Origin: Antedon mediterranea
Taxonomy: Eukaryota > Animalia > Echinodermata
Direction: 5' to 3'
DNA: 64,000 bases
NCBI RefSeq assembly: GCF_964355755.1
Contig: NC_092677.1
Span: 22,927,175 to 22,991,174, forward strand
The notes beneath the pieces are model-generated. The model was not told where the DNA came from and did not search any database. It saw only the letters and a list, made by a program, of their open reading frames with translations. Position numbers and translations under genes: made by a program. Every line of letters begins with the position of its first letter. Position 1 is the first letter of the stretch. Positions 55,953-64,000 of this stretch are shown one piece after another.

Positions 55953-56689
55953 TAACTTAAATAGATCAGGTATTAGGCTACGACCTCCAAGAGCAAATCT
56001 TTGTAGAACTAGAAAATCCTTCGTTGTAAATAGCATTCATATTTTTAATTCTAATGTAAGACGATAATGCAATTTTTAAATAGTTTTACATCTTTAACAG
56101 TTTTTTTATTTTTAACTTTTTTCTTGTATTTTAATCTGTTATAATACTGCACGTTTTAATATTGTTGCAACATTTTTTATGTTTGTTTTTTATTGTTGTT
56201 TTAATCTACCAAGCAAAGTGAATTTCCATTTTTATGGACAAATAAAATTTCTTGAATCTTGAATCTTACTATCTATGTACGATTCAAAACAATTTTGTCC
56301 ACCGCTTAAAATCCACCGAAAAAAACACAATGTATAAGCATCGCAGAAAAACAGTGGTGACAAACGCCTATGCTACACACTGTTCTGTTTTTTTCGATGG
56401 ATTTTAAGCGATGAACAAAAATGTCTCACATTTCATCATCATACACTAAAGGTAGGCCAATCTTTTAACCAAATTTTACAGTAATTTTTTTTTCTAATAC
56501 GACCCTTTTTTAATTAACTTTGCTATGTAAATGTGTTTTTTTTTACTTATCTCACAGACTTCTTCCGTAGCACAAAAATCATGACCCAAAAACCAAAATT
56601 GAAGAAAATAAGGTATAAAATGTCATTTTTGGGGTGATTTGACATGGAATGACCCCTCTAACTAATCGCCCGAGATATGCACATTTGAC

Positions 56690-57010
56690 CCTACTACTGG
56701 CTGCTACTACTGGCCTGCTACTACTACTACTAGGCCTGCCTACTACTATACTATCTAGTATAGTAGTAGGCCTAGTACTATACCTAGTACTAGGGCCTAG
56801 GCCTAGTAGTAGCTAGTTAGGCCTAGCCTAGACTACTAGCTACTACTTACTAGGCCTACTAGTACTACAGTACTTTCTAGTAGTAGCCTAGGCCTAGGCC
56901 TACATCCCTACCTAGGCCTATATATATACTCTACTACGTACTAGTACTGTAGTTAGAGGTCTAGCCTACTATGAATATGATGACTCTCTAGGCCTAGGCT
57001 ATATACCCTA
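56690..57010. repeat. Low-complexity TAG/CTA/TAGGCCTA tract (a similar tract lies at 37895-38185)
   Basis: Dense taggccta, tagta and ctact units. Confidence 0.85.
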
Positions 57011-57077
57011 TATATATCAAGCACTGGCGATAATAATAGTGTACACTCTATCTTTGTAATGATTTCATGCGTCTATG

Positions 57078-60000
57078 CGGTGAACAAACGATCGGGACCA
57101 AGGATGATCGGGGCCATCATAGAGACGATCGGGCCCATTTTTTATGCAATACAGGTAAACCCGTACCTCCTCCACCAACTCGTACCTAAATTTGGGCTTA
57201 CTTGTACCCAAAATGTTGGCTCTCCCTGGGCCATGTTTAATGCTATTTAAGTATACTTATATTACATTTAAACCCAGTTTTATTACACTTTTAGGTACCA
57301 ATCATAATGATCGATACTATAAAGTAATAATGGCAAAAACTACTGACCTAAAAAGTATAATTAATATGTCAGACTCGTACGAAAAAATCACAGCTTCCCC
57401 ACCGTTTGGGTACTACTTAACTTCTTGCCAAGTTAATAATTGAGGGCACTGTTTTACATGTGGAAGCAGAGCTATACATAATATGGCTCTGTTGGGGAAG
57501 ATGTCAGTGGCTGCTTAGTCCTGTGTGATGAAGACTTACATTTAACAATAAGTAGGCCCATGCCTACTGTATTGATTGCTGCATTCTTTAAAAAAAAAGT
57601 TATTAATCTATTATCATGGAGTTTACTCCATGCTATTATTAAAGTTGAATTGCCTTAAACAAATGTGTATATGATCATTTCACTGAATTATTTAATAAAA
57701 ATAAATGGAAAACGATCATAGTCATTGTTGCTGTCTAGGCCTATATATATGTATAGGCTAATTTGACAACTATAAAAGTGCGTGTTTTTTTTTTATAAAA
57801 GGGAAATAATCCTCGGTCAGCAAAAACACGTACGGTAGCTGTTATAGAGGAAACATCTGCCAAAATGTGTATCATAATTTTACTGACAAATTTAATTTTA
57901 AAAATAATATGGAAAACGATCATACGTTATTACGTTGTCGATTTGACACGCTATATATGTGCGTGTTGTTTTTATAGGCCTAAAAGGGAAATCTCGGTCA
58001 GCAAAAACACGTAGCACGAAATCTACATGTGTTAAATTTATTGGTTTCCACATCGATTTAATAAACATAATGGTTGTATAGAGGTATGGGGCGTCAACGA
58101 GTAAATTGGCTTTATTTCACTATCCTAACAGCACCATGCTCATTAAAAGTTTATCGGCGTTTCATAGCAATAGCTTTGCTAACGATATAAATAGATTTTA
58201 CTACACTTGCAAATCCAGTCGGGTAGTAATGAACACAGGTATATTTGTCATTTAGGTCAAACGAATTTCTGTGCAAATCGGACACGTACACAAATTAAGA
58301 ATGTTTGACATTGACGTGTTTGATGTTTAAAAGATAATCATCTATGGTCCTGGTTTAAATTCCACAAATAATAAATATGTCAGGATTTGAAATGAATATT
58401 TGTTATTCCTCAGTGCAGGTCATGAAGTTTGTGCAAATACCTGCTAACATTCCTCAAATTCTTATCTTTTTTTTCTATGCCCGTAAAGTTATATATTTAT
58501 ACAACTTAATTATTTATACAATTTTATCCATTTCTAATTTTTAATAGTCCGGGTGTAGAAATAAAAGGGTGTGCCTTTCATTGGTCACAGGCTGTTTGGC
58601 GCCATGTTCAGCAAGTTGGTCTTGCAACAACTTATCGAGAAAACAATTAGCTACCTATGTACATAAAACAATTAATGAACCTGCCATTCCTACCGGCAAC
58701 GCATATACCAATGGCATTCTATGCATTGAAAGCCAGGACAAACTCGCAACAATTAAAGCAACTCGTGGATTACATGGACCACCAGTGGATCCAGAACAAA
58801 ATGTTTCCTGTCAGCGCCTGGAGTGTGTTCAGGATGACAATCCGCACCAATAACGATGTGGAAGGTATGTTTAGCAAACATGGACGGTTCGTTTTTGACA
58901 GCTTTTGTCGAATTTTAATAAAAAAAATTAAAATACGTAAATAAACAATATGACTGTGATTGTAAAAGTAAAAGGTCTGTTTTGACAAACTGCTGGTTTG
59001 GTGGTAGCAACTACAGTAATAGTAGAACCCTCATTTTTTGGCCCTGAAGGCGTCTTACACCAGTACGCTTCTTTTACTGCTGACCAATCACTTTAAATGC
59101 AATTATTAACTTGTTTCCCGGATGGCATAACAGGTTGAACTTGAAATTTATATCCTCATTCCACAATTGAGGCGCGAAGCTGAACTAGTATAGTTGAAGT
59201 AGGGGTCGCTGCTGAGGACATGCACCGCCAGGTGAAACCTCAGTACTTGCAGCTGCAACACCACATCCAATCTTTCTGGCTCCGGTATGAAAAAGCCACA
59301 ACTACAATTACAACTAGTGACTTTTTAAAAACCGTTAGCAAAATCTATGGAAATAGAAAATCATAAGACAAAATATTATCATACATACTGTAACATTAAA
59401 TTACTTCATCTTCATGATGCCTACAAAAGTACAGCTGTAATTGTTTTATAAAGGATGAACTGATAACTCTGCTGCATTCAAGTATAATCGTTTAAAATGA
59501 ATTTATTATGCTGAATAAATTGAACTGTGAAAGTTATTATCTGTATGTTTGTTGTTGTTGTATCTACTGATAGGCCTAATCGTTATGACGCACAATTATA
59601 GGCCTAAATACAGTACATTGTATGAGGACACAGAACTAAGGATTGACTATTAGAGAATTAATTACCAATGCCAACGTGCTATATAAATGAAATTAGACGA
59701 CAATTAGAGGCTCGACCAATACCTCAATCTCTCCTATGTATAAAAATCAATTATTTGGGTTCGAGTTAGCCAAGTTGGGTACGAGATGTCATGGGTACAG
59801 GTTGGTTTGGGTACGTTTAAGGGTGGGGAGTTGGGTCGAATAAATAATTGGTATACCATGTTCATGTACCAGAACCTCGATCCCCGCATAGTATTGTTTT
59901 CAGAAACAAGATATTGCGAAGGCTGAGGTTCTTTGGATTCACTGGCTACAAAATTACAGTAGACTGTTGTGTCGAAATAGGTGTTTGTTTACGTTGAGGA

Positions 60001-62382
60001 AAAAGTGTATTTTTTGGTATGGGAGGTATGACGTTTTTTTTTAAACAGAAATGTTAAGCTTTTGATTTTGGAATTATTTCCAGCTTCTTGTGTCGTGTGA
60101 ACAATGATACTTAAAACTCGTTTTGGCAATGAAATCGTGTTTAATTCACATTTTGAAATACAAATATCATGAAAGTAAAAAAAAAAAAACCACTATTGGT
60201 TCTCTGCTGCAGCATCCGGGATAGTTCTGCTGTTTCGCCGTCGATGCTTGCGTGCCCATCGCCAGATCCTTCGAAGCCACGGCACACGAATTCGCCAACG
60301 GTGGCGACGAGGTTGGGCAGTAGTACCTTCCTGTTGATTACTGCCTACTGTTGCGTTATCACCATCAATGGCTGGCGTCGTGGTCTCGTCACGACGTGCC
60401 ATTACATCTCCTTGGTGTTGGTTCGTTGTTCCATCACCAGCACTGTGATCCATTACTCTATTCCTATCTTCGATCTTAACTAATATAACTGTCGTCTAGT
60501 CAGTAACGCCTGGGACTCCTCATTTGAGCGGGAATGTCCAACTTCTTGAACATCGGCTACACTATTAGCACGATTAAATTTACGTTGCCTGATTTCAGCT
60601 ATGTATTCGCATAGCTGTGCAAATTTCTCCTCTGCTTCGCGTTTTAAGTTCCATCCTCATTTCTTTTCTCAGAAAATATCTCTTTCTAAAACCGTCATCT
60701 GGGAAAATCTGTAAATTCTTCGCATTTTCATCACGTTTTCTTGATTTCAAACTCATTTCGTATGCGTGTGCACACATCCGACGTCTGTTTTCATAATATT
60801 GTATTTTTTCATCTGTCGTTCCTACGGGGAAAGCACCAGCCGGTGTTTCTTGTAAATTTTTAACTCGTCTATCGGCTAGGCTAAGTCGACGTAATCGGAC
60901 ATCAGATCAGTAAACCGTTGAATCTCATAACGGGCACTTGCTAGCAAGTTTCTGATTGTTCCAGCATCACAATCATTTGTTGAATTTACTGGAACTTGTT
61001 TAGGTCTTCTAAACGATGACGGTAATTCGAGAGAGCGCTCTCGGTTGTTCGGTTCATGTCTACGATGGGTCCCAGACTTATGCACATGACCTTAATAACA
61101 AAATAAATGAAAATGAATTGTTGTACAGTATAGGCCTAAATCAATTTAATAATCAATGCAATTACAGTATTATATAATAAAAATACTACATAAGTAAATT
61201 ATCTTACCATTTGGCATATCATTTATTAATTATCTTAGATTTCTAGTTAATAATAGCAGATGTGGTCAGTATAAAACGATCTTCTTCGTTTTAGCTGTTC
61301 AATTGAATGTTTATTATTGCCGTTTCCATAGTACAATTTGACCCGCATTCACTAGTAAAACGCGCGCGTACCACGTACCAACACAGATCGGAAATGATGA
61401 GCGCGCGTGTCACAGTGCAATGTGCAATTTGGAAATGGTTCAAATGGAGCGAACCCAAAATGCCCAGACAGAAAGTGGGGAAACACCGATGGAATACGTC
61501 TTGCTGAAGTTGCACAGCTTCTTCAATAACGATTTGGAAGCCATGGACAGCATGTGTAGCGAGAAATTGAGGATTCTGATTTACAACGGAGCAGCCTGGA
61601 CATTAAGTTTCAGTCGAGATGACCCATTTACCCTCCTACCACTTCTGATTGGTTTGCCATATCACAGACATCGAGTGTTGTTATTGAAGGATCAGATATT
61701 GTTTGTCTTTATGACAGCAATGGCAACATTCGAGTAGCTGCAAGAGCCTCTAAGATCACACCTGATTACAATGAATGGTACTCCCTGGTCTTTGAAACAT
61801 CTCTCCAAAGTTGTTTATCCGGGCCGCGACTATTTTGGCCGAAATGACTTATCAAAGTTAAGTTCGCTTCCACTACTAAAGCGAATCATTCGCTATCTTA
61901 TGTACGAATGCCTAGTGTGAGACAATACAAAATAGACAGAGGAAATAAATTGCTTAATTAGAATGAACAGAGTGTCAGTTCAATTTGAAAGGACCCCTTT
62001 CCCGGTTTATTTTTGCCGGTTGCATTCAGGAGGAGGAACAACTGTTGTTTTGGTTTCTTATTTTCGCAATAATGTTAACATAAAACTATCCTATTAATTT
62101 AATGTGAATAGCTTAAAACATTATCAACTTCGACAAAACAATTTTTTCATACATTAATGAACAAAAGTGCAATCAACAAGTTCCTTGCTATAATTGATAG
62201 TTTATATAGTATAGGGCCGGGTATCGCGTTCGTTTCAGTACGGGTTGACCAGCACTTTTTTATGTGCCCGATTACGTTTGGCTCGATCGTCTTAACATTG
62301 GGCCCGATAGTCTAGTCTTAATCGTTGGGCCCAATAGTCGTAACATTGGGCTCGATAGCCAAGTGTATCGTTTGTAAATCCG
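57078..62382. mobile_element. Degenerate MULE (Mutator) DNA transposon with cargo ORFs
   Basis: Imperfect termini cggtgaacaaacgat / atcgtttgtaaatccg with gatcgggccc subterminal units; internal MULE transposase remnant; no clear TSD. Confidence 0.6.
58548..59366 (+). pseudogene. MULE transposase C-terminal remnant, intron-containing
   Basis: IKGCAFHWSQAVWR, frameshift, LMNLPFLP..YMDHQW..WSVF..RTNNDVE G|gt (58864), resuming GWHNRLN near 59121. Confidence 0.85.
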
Positions 62383-62999
62383 TTCCATTATAGTTTAAAA
62401 TTGAGTTATCGGCACACACGTACCGAGATGAAGTGAAAACAGAGTATTTTGAGTGTTGAGATTGTTCTTAACGAAAAAGCGTACATTTTTTTACTTTTTT
62501 ATATATAACCTAGTACCTACCCAGGTAGCCCATATGGGACCCATATCTCAAGAATCTGGGAATATGGATATGTCGAGTAGAAAAGTGACGCTTAGTAACG
62601 CAATTTACTTACAGAAACAAAGTACAGTACAGATATTTTTCCCTCTAAAAAAAATGGTATCGTCGAGAATATATTCCCCTGGCGGCGGACATTCCGCCTG
62701 GCTGACATGTCACATATCGCATGGCAGACAGTCTGCAGCAGGTAATCGGATAAGTCGAGTAAACGATTTTATGTGAATCCCCGCGAAAACCAACGAACAT
62801 CAGCAGTATGCAAAACGCACATGGATTTTTTTAATTTTTGCTGTACAGTATTTTAAAAGATGGAATCGAAATCACCGATTCGAAATGATGTTAATCTGAA
62901 ACCTATTTTTTGCAAATTAGGTAAGTTAAACGTGTGTCAATTTAGAGAGAGGAGGAGAGAGGGGAGTAGGCCTACATCCTAGCTAGGCCCTACTTCTAG

Positions 63000-63125
63000 C
63001 TAGCGGAAGCCGATCACTCCGGCCGCCGTATCAGTTTAGCGCGATATTAGCGAGCTTTCGTTGTAGTACGGAAGTAGTTCAGTACGGTAATTTGAACCGA
63101 AATGTGATCCACGCATGCGCAAAAA
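63000..63125. promoter_or_regulatory. CpG-rich segment with NRF1-like and ETS/GABP-like motifs
   Basis: cacgcatgcgca (63110-63121), cggaagt (63069-63075) and gcggaagc (63003-63010); these motifs are common near nuclear-encoded mitochondrial genes. Confidence 0.35.
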
Positions 63126-63137
63126 TTTGAGACTCAC

Positions 63138-63197
63138 CGTAGCGTTAAATTTGAGAACGGTAGTGAGAAGAAATAGCGTCCTGTCTGAAACGTACAT
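63138..63197 (-). CDS. Candidate first coding exon of the TMEM70-like gene (MYVSDRTLFLLTTVLKFNAT)
   Basis: ATG at 63197; phase-0 GTGAGT donor is compatible with the phase-0 acceptor at 53363; CpG-rich context; no homology support. Confidence 0.35.
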
Positions 63198-64000
63198 TCA
63201 GCTGTGTATTTTAAAGACCCCTTCCCTGCAATTTTGGACGTTTTTTGGAAAATAATACATATATATATATCACTTTAAAAACATTAAACCATGTCATTCC
63301 TTGTCTTAAATGTACGTTTTATGGTAAATTGATAAAAAGTGAGAAACAATGCACTACCTAAGTAGCTCGCGGCGATCGACCTCTCGTGGACGGTCTTATG
63401 CCCGTATTCTTAAACCGGACTTTAGTCTAGTTCGAGCTAAAACTAAAAAAATGACGTCATTTTAATTCATAAACCGAACTTCAACTAAATCACCGACTAA
63501 ATCAGGCCAACCTCGACTAAATCGAGACGGATTTTGATCGATTTTTTTAGTCCTGGAGGGGGAAGACTAAATGGTCGACTAAATGGTTTTTAAACGATGT
63601 TTATAAAAAACGTAACAGTCATTGAGTTGTTATATTGGCCAGATATTGAAGAATGAAATATCTATATTTATATTAGCTTAATTAAATATACATTGGTATA
63701 AATTATAATAATGAAAATCATCTTTATTTACAACTGTATACAAATTACATTATTTTCTTCGCGCAAGTCCGACTTGAGCTACGTCACGCCATAGCGACAA
63801 TGGGAGATGCGGCAATTCACCACGCGATGGAATGTTTAGGGGGCCTAGCGCTTTCTTGTCACGCTATGAAGTGCGTGGTTCGTGGCGATCATACTTTGTT
63901 GGGGGCCTAGAAAATATAAAAGTTACCGTACCGCCATGGTTCCTAAATATATTTTTAAGATTTTATTTGTTGTTAATCAAATATACTTCACTGTTAAATT

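Noticed and set aside
56690-57010. TAGGCCTA-rich tract as a structured RNA or regulatory array
   Set aside because: It is irregular low-complexity sequence, and the motif is scattered across the whole window.
62860-62920. + strand micro-exon MESKSPIRNDVNLKPIFCKL with a gtaagt donor
   Set aside because: No downstream exon or homology is visible in the window, so it cannot be supported.

Overview
AT-rich metazoan genomic DNA; abundant TAGGCCTA motifs and an EGF+HYR gene suggest a marine invertebrate, probably an echinoderm (inference). Most of the window (471-42650, + strand) is the 3' part of one spliced gene, reconstructed here as 22 exons and about 940 aa; its 5' end lies upstream of the window. 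It encodes a type I membrane protein: 19 EGF/cbEGF domains (one phase-1/phase-1 exon each), a HYR domain, a TM helix and a 63-aa tail. The tail has an ITAM-like YDEV-x8-YENV pair, including a Nck-type HIYDEV motif. The ectodomain is expanding by exon-cassette duplication at several scales. In the youngest array the introns are identical, while all 7 exon substitutions change an amino acid. The TM exon is also duplicated, and the upstream copy is frameshifted to a stop before the helix. Together this suggests a diversifying, receptor-like system. Introns and flanks hold many transposons: a young BEL/Pao element with TG..TA LTRs whose empty site is preserved nearby, a palindromic Academ derivative made of two 3' ends, nested DNA transposons, Helitron/Helentron-like elements, LINE fragments, and a MULE carrying two decayed orphan genes. 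A TMEM70-like gene lies convergently on the - strand.
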